Shown here: positions 1-10,554 of the stretch, one piece after another
Numbering within the stretch: position 1 is the first letter of the stretch
Layout: each line of letters begins with the position of its first letter
Assembly (NCBI GenBank): GCA_977017575.1
Contig: CDRNVI010000069.1
Span: 124,001 to 188,000, forward strand
DNA from: Paramoeba atlantica
Lineage: Eukaryota; Protista; Discosea
Direction: 5' to 3'
Length of the DNA stretch: 64,000 bases
Notes under the pieces: generated by a model
What the model was told of the DNA's origin: nothing
Seen by the model: only the letters and a program-made list of their open reading frames with translations
Database searches by the model: none
Made by a program: the position numbers and the translations under genes

Positions 1-244
1 ACGCACTCGCGGCACAGGCACGCTTGGACGTGAAGACAACGCCCGCAACGCTCGCTTAAAGTTTAGTGGTGAGGTTGTGAACGGGAAATTAAAACGAGGG
101 GAGCACTGCGGGCATCCTCTACGTAGACTCTTGCTGGGCGTGCAAATGAACTGTAGACATGTACAGGTTAGTTTAGAGTGAAATGTTTTATAAAATGGTG
201 AAGTTTAAAAAAGTGTGAAAAATGCGCACTTCTGGGCCCTTTTA

Positions 245-420
245 ACCGCTTCCACTCCTTCACCCCTTCCTGACTCACTCCCTGGAGCGAGTGTGCTTCC
301 ATCTCTCGGCCTCTCTTCCTCCCGTTCCTGCCTTTCCGAGGAGGCAATGCGTCACGGTGGCCTCCCTTGAGGACCACTAGACGTGTCCTCCGCCGACGAG
401 ACTCTCGGCTCTCTGCACCT
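245..420 (+). repeat. Diverged partial copy of the non-coding retroposon at 2208-2859 (opposite orientation)
   Basis: CGCTTCCAC...GGTGGCCTCCCTTGAGGACCACT aligns with the reverse complement of about 2560-2710 (GGTGGCCTCCCTTGAGCACCACT); the hairpin layout is preserved. Confidence 0.75.
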
Positions 421-1580
421 GGCGGTCACCCAGCTCTCTGCACCTTGGCCCTGTCGCAGCTCTCTGCACCCGGATTGCCCCCGAAACTGTAATATGGGGA
501 TTACGCATCCGGCTCTCTGCGCCTGCACGAGATATGCTTCTTTGCATTTGTTTTTGTGTAGGAATGGCATGGAATGGTACCGTTTTCCCCCCTTTTGCTA
601 AATAGAATTCAGACGGCTGTGGCGCTTATCTCCTTCGCTGAGCATGGGTTGGCTTACCAAGGTCAATAAGTAAAAAGGATATCGGTTGGAGATAAACGAA
701 GTGCGACGCTTGCCACCTCCGTGGCATTAAGTGGAGATATAAATTTATTACCTCCCTAGGTAATCTGGAATGGTAATGAGATCCACAAAAGTTCTTGTGT
801 TAAGAACACAGTTCAGTAATAAACACAGAACCATTACATACAAGTGTAAGTACCGGGGCACTCAAGCACTGCAACTGTACTTCTCAACGATATTAAAGCA
901 CTGTCATGAAACAAGCATCAAGGACTTGAACCTTTCCATGAGCACATCAATATGTCTTCTCGTAGTTGAATAGAAACTCGAAATCCGGTAATTTCTGAGT
1001 GCAACTCCGAAGGCTTTAAGTGTAGTACCCCTTTCATTGGTGAAGTCCAATGATCGGAAAAAAGGCGCGCTCTCAACCGGGTCATGTGTCTAATGGAAAC
1101 GAATGAAGAGTTAGTCAGACCATCCCTTTCGGATACGAAAATGCATATACATGTACATACATGAGATTCAAAAAACAACAATATCAAAGAATACTTTGTA
1201 TTGCATTCAAAGGTAGGTACGGATTCTGTGACATGTTATTTCCGACCATAGGCCTACACGAGAGAGTAAAAAAAGAGAGTAAAAAAATGGAAAATGATGA
1301 GAATTGAAAAAAATTGGACTGTGCATTGAAGATTTAGTTCAAATATCAAAATTGACGCGTATTAAATCCGTAATATTCCATAATAAATATGGAATAAGTT
1401 GTACGGAAATGTCTATTTTGCTTCGATTTTAGGGGCCGTATTTCTTGATTTGAATCTTCTTGCTTAATGCTTCGTTAATGCTTATAAAATAGGTTAAAAA
1501 ACACTTTATTTGCACTCAATGTTCCTTTGTTCTGTCAATGGGTTATGGTACAATCGAACGTTGTAAAAGAAAAAAGGGTA

Positions 1581-2179
1581 ACCGGCACTATAAATGTAGG
1601 TTAAAATCCATTTTTTTCTGATGATTTTTTTCCGCTCGAAAAAACTTTTACGTGACTTTTTAAAATGTTTCCACTCATACTCATGACGTTCCAACTTATA
1701 TTTCAATGCTTGGAATACTCAATGGACCGCCCAGGATATGCTACATTGGTCTACTACATTGGTCTACTTGGTATTGGTGACCTGTAAAAAGGATAAGGTG
1801 CGCTCCCAGACACTCCCATCCAGTTTGAACCCTCTTGGAAGCCACCACGGCTACCCCCTTCGCGTTGAGAACTGTTTCCGCGTTTAATGAAGAGACTAAA
1901 AAGGAAAAAATTGCGAAACGATCCAGAATAATCCAACTTTTGGTACAAATACCCGATTCTCCCCATATTTCGTATTCTCCCCATATTTCGGACGTTTTTT
2001 GGGGTCTTACCATTAGAGGTAGGGGGCACATCTGATCGAAAAAACGTGTGGTCTGGTAAGCTAAAAAAATAAATAAGAAAAGAGATCAACGAAAGATCAA
2101 AAACTTTTTCCTGAGTCCTTTTGGGCATGATTGTTCAAACAAATTTTACTTGTTTTCAACCTACATTTATAGTGCCGGT
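1581..2179. mobile_element. Non-autonomous DNA transposon/MITE with 22-bp TIRs
   Basis: ACCGGCACTATAAATGTAGGTT (1581-1602) and its exact reverse complement (2158-2179); no convincing ORF; TSD not clean. Confidence 0.65.
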
Positions 2180-2324
2180 GAGCCAGAAAAAAATACACAA
2201 AAAATAATTTTTTGATGTTCATGCGCTCGTTGGCGCAGAGATACAGCCCTTGATGCGACAGCCGATATCATCGGCACAATCCGTATTGACGGATGTCGCA
2301 CCAAGGGGGTTTAGCTCGGACTCT

Positions 2325-2543
2325 GTCGGTAGAGGGGGTCCAGGCAACTCGCCCTCTCTTTACGCAGCCGGAGGGGCGCACTGCAACCGACTCGGTCCCA
2401 GTCGGTAGAGGTGGTCCAGGCAACTCACCACCTCTTTACGCAGCCGGAGAGGCGCACTGCAACCGACTCGGTCCCAGTCGGTAGAGGTGGTCCAGGCAAC
2501 TCACCACCTCTTTACGCAGCCGGAGGGGCGCACTGCAACCGAC
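2325..2543. repeat. Tandem 76-bp GC-rich units (about 2.9 copies)
   Basis: Unit GTCGGTAGAGGTGGTCCAGGCAACTCACCACCTCT...ACCGACTCGGTCCCA starts at 2325, 2401 and 2477. Confidence 0.95.
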
Positions 2544-2833
2544 CGCTGCCTCGCGATAAGACGAGGCAGAGCCACGCCCAGTGGTGCTCAAGGGAGGCCA
2601 CCATGGCGCATGGCTCCCCGGGAAGGAAAGGGCGCGAAGGGAAGAAAGCCGGGGAGGGAAGAAAACCCACTCAAGGAGTGAACCGGGGAGGGGCGATGGG
2701 GTGGAAGCGCGTCCCCTACTTCGCCGAGAAAGAGGGACAGTTTCGGCCTTAGTGCCGGCCGGCAGCGGGCATATAACAGTAAGACTATGCCCGTTGCCGG
2801 GGAAAGAAAAGATGAACTAAAGGGAAAATGTAC

Positions 2834-2859
2834 CAACAAGGTACAGAAACTGTATCTTT
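2834..2859 (-). ncRNA. Spliced-leader exon relic (3' 26 nt)
   Basis: AAAGATACAGTTTCTGTACCTTGTTG; the GATACAGTTTCTGTAC core and terminal TTG match the conserved kinetoplastid SL exon in spacing; identical copy at 39249-39274. Confidence 0.8.
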
Positions 2860-3209
2860 ATTTGAAGAGTATGAGGCAAATAAACGAGATGCAGCGCACC
2901 TTCGATTTTACCAAGGCCCAAGAAAGCGTTTTTAGCTTTGGGAAAAAGTTCCACTTCATTAATGAATCTTCCCATGTACTTAAAAACGGAGGGATTCGGA
3001 TCCCATTCGAATGGTTTCTTCCAGTTTAGCTCCGATACTTCGCCTCTTTCATTGCACTTCACGTAAGCCCACTCACAGGCTGGGGTACTACTCTTCCATG
3101 ACGGATGCGGATTCGTAATATCTTGCACAAGATCCGCAAGTTCTAGTTCTTGTGGGCGATTCGCAGAACTTACCTTAGCGACACGAGGCGTGACTTCTGG
3201 AACATCCAT
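2860..3209 (-). pseudogene. Truncated LRR-family gene interrupted by the SL-headed retroposon
   Basis: Family N-cap (AKVSSANRPQE...WKSSTPACEWAYVKCNERGEV) and one repeat (GALHLVYLPHTLQ), then the frame runs into the SL sequence. Confidence 0.75.
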
Positions 3210-3743
3210 GAGATAGAATAAATAAAAGAAGGGGTAATCTAATATTAGTATATTATATAGGGGTGTTGTATTATCCAAAAGAAGTGCTGTGTAGAAAGTA
3301 TACATACAGTGATGTTGAGCGGCATTTCTCGCTTTACAGATCGTGAATGTTCTTTGATCTCGAAGATATTTTGTGTACAACCGTTTTTCGATCCCAGCGT
3401 TCCATATCCGCTGTCCTTTTCACTCCAGTGAGTGACTTACACAAAGTGTAACAAACACAGAAAATAGGGTTATACATTTAGATGTGTTGACGCCTGGGCT
3501 CAATGATGCGAATTACGTCCCGCTTGCAGTCAAGCAGTCAAGAGGATTTTGCAAGCTTACTTCGATCTTGTTTCTTAAAAATTAGAATTGAGAATATTAT
3601 AAAATTTGAAAGATTCGATCAAAATAAAAGTTAGCCCCCGAACCCCGTAGCGCACGAAGATTTAATGATTCCTACATTTTGGGAAAAATAGGCGGTTAAA
3701 TCTTTTTGGAAGCGAAACATCCCCTGGTCATAATATTATCAAA

Positions 3744-4361
3744 TTAATAATTCAGTTCGCGACGGAGGAAATTTTTCGGGCTTTGCAGCCAGGCAAGTGA
3801 AGTGACTTGCTTCTCTCCCCACATGCGAAATAAGATGGCGAGAAACACAAAGGGGAAGGCTATTGTGTGAAACACACAGTCAAGAAGCAGCGTAAAAACG
3901 GCGAGCCCTACCCAACGTGGGTGCTGCAGAGCTATTCGCCCAAAGATAAAACACAACACCGCGGCCCCGGCCAGGAAATACGTCGGACTAAATCGCCACC
4001 GGGCCCAGTGCCAATACCGTGGCATCTCATCCAGATTTCGGGCGATCCACTCAGGGAGAAGGCGGTAGTAAAAGTGTTGAGTGTCGGAGAGTAAGTTGCG
4101 ATAACGTTTGTCATTGCTGGGGGCCTGGCTGATAAACACGTAAGCGTTGTCGACTTCTCTCATACGATTCGCGTCTCCAACACCATCCGCAGCCAGTGTG
4201 GGGTTGTACTTATTCATTAAGTCATTGTAGCGATCGCGCAGTTCCGCGGTGGAAGCCCCACGACGTAGATTCAATACGTCCCATGGGTTGTACTGCGGAC
4301 CCGTGGAGAGAAGAAGAAATTTCGAAGAACGAACTTTTGTGCAGAGTGTTCTAAGAAGCAT
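3744..4361 (-). CDS. J-domain-like membrane protein, probably mitochondrial
   Basis: YNPWDVLNLRRGASTAELRDRYNDLMNKYNP is J-domain helix I-II with the HPD position degenerate; presequence-like N-terminus; C-terminal hydrophobic segments. Confidence 0.75.
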   Translation of the reverse strand: MLLRTLCTKVRSSKFLLLSTGPQYNPWDVLNLRRGASTAELRDRYNDLMNKYNPTLAADGVGDANRMREVDNAYVFISQAPSNDKRYRNLLSDTQHFYYRLLPEWIARNLDEMPRYWHWARWRFSPTYFLAGAAVLCFIFGRIALQHPRWVGLAVFTLLLDCVFHTIAFPFVFLAILFRMWGEKQVTSLAWLQSPKNFLRRELNY

Positions 4362-4662
4362 AAGTAGTTTTTCAGTAAAATAAATCTAGACTCAATAATA
4401 AAAAGTGATTTTCGTGCTTAAGACATTGCGCTGTAATAATAAATTATGCCGCATGTAGGCAGGTAGAAAAACTGTATTCTGATTTACGAGATACATACCA
4501 ATCAAACTTCGTTTCAAGCAAAAGCACGCACATCACACACAAAACAAGTAATACAGAAAATAATTATTTACGAAAAATTATGAAAAAGGAAGACACTGTT
4601 TACTAAACGTTGACTTATTAACTGACTCAAAAAAGATAAAAAACGCGCCAAGCTTCCTACAT

Positions 4663-6288
4663 TTAATCTGAATCCGAATCCAATTTCGTGGACGCTTTAT
4701 TTTGCATTGGTGTCGGAGCCTGTCCGCCTCGTCCACGAGGAGCACCCCCACGGAATCCCCCACGGTCTCCCCCACGAAACCCTCCCCGATCTCCTCCCCG
4801 AAACCCTCCCCGATCTCCTCCACGAAACCCTCCCCGGTCTCCTCCTCGAAACCCTCCCCGGTCCCCTCCACGAAACCCGCCGCGATCTCCCCCACGAAAT
4901 CCACCGCGGTCACCTCCACGAAACCCACCGCGGTCTCCCCCACCTCGGAATCCCCCACGGTCTCCCCCACGGAACCCCCCACCCCGGTCCCCTCCACGAA
5001 ACCCTCCCCGGTCTCCCCCACCCCGTCCCGCAGGGGAGCCATACCCTGCACTGCTGTTCCGGCCATACCCCCCGGTGGAGGAACCCCCATGCTCATTTCG
5101 ATCGTTCCGCGATCGGTGAAACGGCGAAGGCGTCTCCCCCTCTCCCTGACCCCGAGCAACCTTCCCCGAGGCGCCGCCGTGGTCCTCCTCGGTCTCACGA
5201 CTCCGTTTCTTGATCATCATTTGTTGTTGTTGTTGTTGTTGTTTCTGTGTTTCTTCATTACTCTCCCCCGAGGATTCACTGTCCTCCTCGGTACCCCGTG
5301 CCACAGCCTCGGTGGCGGTACGTGGGGGTGGGCGCGCCCCGGAGTGCGCTCCCTGATGTTTACGCATAAACGGGTCGTACCCCTCCCCACTCTCATCCGT
5401 GCTCCCGCTACTCTCCGAGTCACTCGGGAGTGCGGGCATAGGGGAGCGGCCAGCTCCTTTAGTAGCGTGTTGTTGCTGGCTTACCTTTGACACGGATGGG
5501 GAAGCCGAAGTGGAAGAAGACACGCCTTGGGCGTTCTTGTGGCTCTTCTTGTTGTTCGTATCCCCGGCAGGTCGGGGAAGGGAGTCGGAGAGGTCACTGT
5601 CACTTTCACTACCGCTGGGGGAGGGTAGCTTGGGGAGGGGGGTGGTTCGTTTTGTCGTTTGTGGGTGTACCGTCCCTTTTTTCTTTTCAGTTTTCCCCCC
5701 CTCACTGGAGGAGAGATCACTGGAGAGGTGATCGCTGTCATGGTCCAGTTTCGGCAGCGGGGTGGGTTTGGAGGGGGTTGGTTTTTGAGCCGGGCTTCGC
5801 GTGAGACGTGGCTTCACGGGGGGGAGGTCACTCTCGGAGCTGTCGTCGGAGTCCGGGGAGGGGGGGAGACGTGCGGGGGGTTTCTTGTGGGAGGGTTTGG
5901 CTGCGGAGGACCCGGGGGAGGGGTGCGGGGGCTTTGCCGCGACGGGGAGTGTGGGCTTACGAGATACCGGAGGCAAGACCGCGTCGGAAAGATCGCTGGA
6001 GTCTTCCGGAGCGGCGGGGGCTCGCGGTGGGATTGGTTTTGTGCGAGGCTGGGGCTTGTCACGGGAGTGGGCTTTGGGCTCCGCGCGCGGACTGGGTTTG
6101 GGTAGAGAAGCCGCCGGGAGTCGCGGGGAGGGTTGGGTCTTCTTGGAACTCGTCTTCGGAAACAACTGAGAGGAAAGCGCCACAATGTTCGGTGAAGTTT
6201 TTTCTACCGCCCGAACCACCTCGTGGAGCTGCGCATTCACACTGTACTTGTAGAAATAAGCCTCCAGAAATTCGTTACGGTCAGGCAT
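4663..6288 (-). CDS. Low-complexity RGG/GAR-repeat RNA-binding protein (nucleolar-type)
   Basis: 541 aa; Pro/Ser/Lys-rich middle with acidic SDSD patches, a poly-Q tract and a tandem GGDRGGFR array at the C-terminus. Confidence 0.8.
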   Translation of the reverse strand: MPDRNEFLEAYFYKYSVNAQLHEVVRAVEKTSPNIVALSSQLFPKTSSKKTQPSPRLPAASLPKPSPRAEPKAHSRDKPQPRTKPIPPRAPAAPEDSSDLSDAVLPPVSRKPTLPVAAKPPHPSPGSSAAKPSHKKPPARLPPSPDSDDSSESDLPPVKPRLTRSPAQKPTPSKPTPLPKLDHDSDHLSSDLSSSEGGKTEKKKGTVHPQTTKRTTPLPKLPSPSGSESDSDLSDSLPRPAGDTNNKKSHKNAQGVSSSTSASPSVSKVSQQQHATKGAGRSPMPALPSDSESSGSTDESGEGYDPFMRKHQGAHSGARPPPRTATEAVARGTEEDSESSGESNEETQKQQQQQQQMMIKKRSRETEEDHGGASGKVARGQGEGETPSPFHRSRNDRNEHGGSSTGGYGRNSSAGYGSPAGRGGGDRGGFRGGDRGGGFRGGDRGGFRGGGDRGGFRGGDRGGFRGGDRGGFRGGDRGGFRGGDRGGFRGGDRGGFRGGDRGGFRGGDRGGFRGGAPRGRGGQAPTPMQNKASTKLDSDSD

Positions 6289-6546
6289 TACGTTAAGAAA
6301 ATGTGCGTTTTTAGAAATGATTCTATAAATATGACTCCAAAAAATGATCTTTAGTGCATCTTACGCACGAAAATAGCATGGCTAAAATGGGAACTGCTTA
6401 AGGCAAGAGGTCTTATACCTTTAGATAGACTGATCAATGAATACTGCGTCTTGATAAAAGCGTATATTGCCATGGTTGCATAAATACTGCTCGACCCTCG
6501 ATTATTGAAAAAAGAATATACACATGTAAACAAAAACAGTGAAAAC

Positions 6547-6921
6547 GGTGAAAGGGAACCGGTCTTGCGCCAAAATTTAAATTTTTCGAAAAAGAGTCAT
6601 AATTATTCTAAAGAGTCATTTTGAAGCAAATACATCAGTTTGTCTGATACTTTTCCACCTTTTTGGCGACTTTGGACATAAATTGTCGGCAGTGCGCTTA
6701 TTTTTCTTGTACCGACAACTGGTCATACACAGTTTTGGCAGCGATAAGCGAAAGGGACATTATGTAATGGCTATTGGACCACAAGCTTGTATACCAACGT
6801 GTAGAGTGTGCTAAAAGCCTTGAGCCGAGTAAAGTAGAACATTCAATTAGTGATGAGAAAAGAAGAAAAAAAGTAAGACTTCTTGGTATTTTTTTTGGCG
6901 CAAAACCGGTTCCCTTTGACC
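6547..6921. mobile_element. 375-bp MITE with GG-starting TIRs and 8-bp TSD (Merlin-like)
   Basis: TIR GGT(G/C)AAAGGGAACCGGT(C/T)TTGCGCCAAAA at both ends; GTGAAAAC duplicated at 6539-6546 and 6922-6929. Confidence 0.8.
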
Positions 6922-6952
6922 GTGAAAACATAAAGAGGAATACAGCAATATA

Positions 6953-7040
6953 CTGTGACCCCCCTTTATACTTCGTTTTTTCGTGTGATCCCCCCGAGGG
7001 GTCCGAGTTTTTTTAAATTTTCGTAAATTTTACAACACAA
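6953..7040. mobile_element. Left end of a TA-CTGTG MITE family member (related to 43602-44590)
   Basis: TA|CTGTGACCCCCCTTTATACTTCG matches the termini of the 43.6 kb element; right end not found. Confidence 0.6.
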
Positions 7041-8034
7041 ATTATGAAGAAGGTTCTAAATATTCATATTAGCTTCCGAACACATTTTTGTCGATATTTT
7101 CCCACATATTTTTGTGATGTGCCCATGATAGCACGTGGTAGAATCACAGTGACTTGATAGCGAAAGTTGCGACGAAGTTATCTTAGATCCAATGACTACA
7201 TATCCTTGGGAATGGAAAGGTGATGGAGACAAAATTAAACACTCAAAAGTGGGGTCCAGGAAAAGAAGAAAAGATAATTCTTCTGTTCTCAGCAGCGAAA
7301 AGTCGCCACACGAGACGTTTCAAAGCTCAAAAAAAATTGAAAAGTGCGCACCCAGGACACGAAACTGTTTCTTCTCCGTCTTCTTGTTTCAAACAGAGCG
7401 AAAAGGTTTACTCCATGCTTCACGAGACATGCTCTCATGGAATCGAACAGGCAAACTCTAAACACATATTAATTGACTCGGACGAGAAGGATTTTTCACA
7501 CTTCGACGAAGAAAAGACAAGAGTCGAGTGGAAAAAACTTCAACGCTGGGGTCGTATGATACCGGATACCTCGTGTTCACGAGTTTTAAGGCTCTACAAT
7601 GACTACCATTCGTCGGAAAATATTTTCAGTCGAAAAATATCGAGTTTAGAGTCTAAAGAGACTGGAGTTTCGATAGGAGAACGAGACCTATCAAACGCGA
7701 TTAAAATGAGCGAAAATGCGAAACATATGATTTCTTAAAAAAGAAAAAATGTAAAAAAAGTGGAGAGTTCCAGAAAAATGGTATCCAAAAACCATGTCTT
7801 TTGGACCCAGGGGGCCTCCATGAAAAAAAGGCTGCCAAGCTCTTCGCTAGGACAACAAGATCTCTCAAATATTACAAAGATGAGTAAAGACCGGATAAAA
7901 AAGTAAACTTTCAGCGAGGGGGGGCAAGATTTCTGTATCAGAGAAAAAAGTTCGGGTCAAAATGGGTGAAAATGTACCAGAATAGGGTAATTTCTTGTTT
8001 CGTTTCTCCATTTCATGCCAAAGAAGCGTTAAAC

Positions 8035-8455
8035 CTACGTTACGGGCTTTAAAGCAGTATTCTCCCCCATGGCTATGGGTCTATATGAGGAGTGGTGTCC
8101 GGCCGGGGCGTCCGGTTTAGTAAATAGTTTCAGGGCCACCCCTGTTAGTAGCTCCCTCATAGAGGGGGGGAGGGAGTTAGTCACTATGCCCTGGATTATC
8201 CACGTAACACAATCCCGGGGTCCCTCCTCCAAGAGGACTGGGATCAGAAGCTCCTTGGTCCATCCCGTGGGACCAGGGGCACGGAGAGGTGCCAGGCTTT
8301 GGGCCTTCCTGGCCACGTCCGCTGGGGAAGGTAGAGGGCCGTGACGGTCTTTATTGTATTGGAATAGCCCCGCAGTGTAGGGCCCTCCCGTGGGGTGGAG
8401 TCGCTTCGCCTGTTCTAGAGCGGCCTGGGGGTTGGCAGGGGGGTTAAGAGGTGCC
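8035..8455 (-). mobile_element. Fragment of a CRE/SLACS/CZAR-type non-LTR retrotransposon RT
   Basis: Continuous frame AALEQAKRLHP...LRAPGPTGWTKELL...LFTKP...YRPIAMGE resembles the RT N-terminal region of the CRE clade. Confidence 0.7.
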
Positions 8456-8924
8456 TCGAGGGTTTTAGCAGCTCTCGAGAAGCATTAATGTTAGTTTGAA
8501 CGTCTTAAAGAGTCTTTATATACGCAATTCTGCTGCGAAAGCCAATGGAAAAAGAAAAATAGCAAAAACAAATCTGGTAGTAAATTTTCATTCTTTGGTA
8601 CATTCTCGCCCAACATTATACAAAAGTTCTTTGCAGTATTCATGTGTAATACATACAATGTAGTATTCATGTGTATACTAAGTGTGATTCCACTGATTCT
8701 ACATCAAAACAACTACACTACACAGGAGGAGAGTATAAAATAACTATATTGCACGAGAAAGTACTACTACACAGAAAACCATAAAATACAAATGTGTTTA
8801 TGTACCTTATATACATAACCTTACGTATCTTTCTTTATGTATTACATGAAGATAAAAATACATAAATTTTACCACAATTTTATCCATAATTATTTCGACC
8901 CGTCTTCTATATTTTATGATAATT

Positions 8925-9560
8925 TTAATCGGCCTGTATGGTGCTAACTGTGATCGAAGTTCTCTCAAACTCATAGTTTTGCAACGATGCCGGCAAAACA
9001 TTCGGCATTATAGTCCCGTATAAACCATTGTTCCACTGCAAATGAAGTACAGAAAGCCAAGGTGGAAGGGAATGAAATTCAACAAGTCCACTGAAATTAT
9101 TGTGGTTTAGACGCAAGTCTTCTAAAGACTCAGGGAGTTGAACCAAGTTTACATTCCCGTAAAAGAGGTTGTTACCTAAGTCAAACTTGATGAGCCTTGG
9201 AGGCAACTTGTCAAAAGGTACCGTTCCCTCAAAGAAATTTTCAAGTTCGCCACAGTAAAATACGATGTCCGCAAGATTTAGTTCGAGTAAGGTTTGGGGA
9301 AGATCCTGGAAAGCGACTGTGCCTTTTAAACCCTCGCCAGGCCAACTAATTGAAGTGATCTCTCCGTGCTCTTCGCATTTTACACCTTTCCATGTAGAGA
9401 CAGGCTTATCAACCTTCCACGAAATGTCTGGATTTTGTATTCCTTGGATAACCTTTTCCATTACCAACTCTTGTGGAAGAGTGAACCGGCGGGCCTTCCC
9501 CAGAATGGTAGACTTGACCTCTGCATCTGCACCTTTTACAAAGTTTAAACACCCGTTCAT
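8925..9560 (-). CDS. LRR-family protein (tandem duplicate A)
   Basis: N-cap WxGVKC...ITSISW plus LPxxLxxLxLxxNxFxG repeats; near-identical to 9925-10554. Confidence 0.85.
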   Translation of the reverse strand: MNGCLNFVKGADAEVKSTILGKARRFTLPQELVMEKVIQGIQNPDISWKVDKPVSTWKGVKCEEHGEITSISWPGEGLKGTVAFQDLPQTLLELNLADIVFYCGELENFFEGTVPFDKLPPRLIKFDLGNNLFYGNVNLVQLPESLEDLRLNHNNFSGLVEFHSLPPWLSVLHLQWNNGLYGTIMPNVLPASLQNYEFERTSITVSTIQAD

Positions 9561-9924
9561 GAATACTGATCAAGATATTGATATGCTAAGTAGGCTATGG
9601 AAAACAGAAATGCTGCATATTTGTGAGCTTTATTTCTAAAGCATGAGGCAATACAATGTAGCTAAAAATGTCAAATACAGAGGGCAAGCTAAATTTGATT
9701 CACCTTAAACATACATCATATACACATGGGTATGATTTAACATAATTTTATGGTTCATGCAGTAAACTGCAGATATTAAGGCAGAAAACGATAGGGAGTT
9801 TCCCCGTTAGTGCGCCTAAAACGCACTTTATTCTTTGGCTTGATCGGCTGACTAAAACGTAAAAAAACAAATTTAAAAATATATGAATTGGCATGCTTCC
9901 CCTAGTTTCTTACGGGAATTCACC

Positions 9925-10554
9925 CTACGCAACAATAATCGCAGTTTTTCTAAAATGATATATTTGCAATGATACAGGCAAAATGCTTTTCTTGACAGTC
10001 CCGTATAAGCCTTTGTTCCATTCCAAATGAAGTACAGAAAGCAAGGGTGGAAGGGAATGAAATTCTACAAGTCCACTGAAATTATTGTGGTTTAGACGCA
10101 AGTCTTCTAAAGACTCAGGGAGTTGAATCAAGTTTACGTTCCCGTAAAAGAGGTTGCCACCTAGGTCAAACTTGATAAGCCTTGGCGGCAACTTGTCAAA
10201 AGGTACCGTTCCCTCAAGAAGATTTTCAAGTTCTCCACAGGAAAACACGTTTTCACCAAGATTTAGTTCGAGTAAGGTTTGGGGAAGGTCCTGGAAAGCG
10301 ATTGTGCCTTTTAACCATTCGCCAGGCCAACTAATTGAAGTGATCTCTCCGTGCTCTTCGCATTTTACACCTTTCCATGTAGAGATAGGCTTATCAACCT
10401 TCCACGAAATATCTGGACTTTGTATTCCTTGGATAAACTTTTCCATTACCAACTCTTGTGGAAGAGTGAAACGACGGGCTTTCCCCAGAATGGTAGACTT
10501 GACCTCTGCGTCTGCGCCTTTTACAAAGTTTAAACACCCGTTCATGAATTGCAT
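9925..10554 (-). CDS. LRR-family protein (tandem duplicate B)
   Basis: Same architecture; the likely start is the MQFM/MNGC ATG rather than the longest-ORF start at 10677. Confidence 0.85.
   Translation of the reverse strand: MQFMNGCLNFVKGADAEVKSTILGKARRFTLPQELVMEKFIQGIQSPDISWKVDKPISTWKGVKCEEHGEITSISWPGEWLKGTIAFQDLPQTLLELNLGENVFSCGELENLLEGTVPFDKLPPRLIKFDLGGNLFYGNVNLIQLPESLEDLRLNHNNFSGLVEFHSLPPLLSVLHLEWNKGLYGTVKKSILPVSLQIYHFRKTAIIVA

Larger units (their letters stand above)
2208..2859 (-). mobile_element. SL-headed, A-tailed non-coding retroposon (SINE-like)
   Basis: On the minus strand: 26-nt SL exon piece (2859-2834), about 620-nt structured body, then A6 (2213-2208) exactly where homology to the 49.1 kb copy ends; related copies at 245-420 and 49053-49354. 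Confidence 0.7.

Noticed and set aside
2325-2543. CRISPR array or tRNA cluster in the 76-bp repeats
   Set aside because: Units are contiguous with no variable spacers and there are no cas genes; AGTCGGTAGAG resembles a D-loop but there is no T-arm or anticodon arm.
2860-2872. Extending the SL relic to a full 39-mer
   Set aside because: These bases encode the LPHTLQ repeat of the interrupted LRR and are not shared with the 39.2 kb copy beyond CTCTT.
4463-4477. ATACAGTTTTTCTAC upstream of the J-like gene (similar at 20657-20672) as SL relics
   Set aside because: Lack the TTCTGTAC core and terminal TTG; more likely acceptor/pyrimidine-tract sequence.
4578-6296. Many long overlapping or antisense ORFs in GC-rich genes (also 27.1-27.9, 33-34, 54.7-55.8 and 59-60 kb)
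   Set aside because: Shadows of repeats and codon skew on the real genes; no independent motifs.
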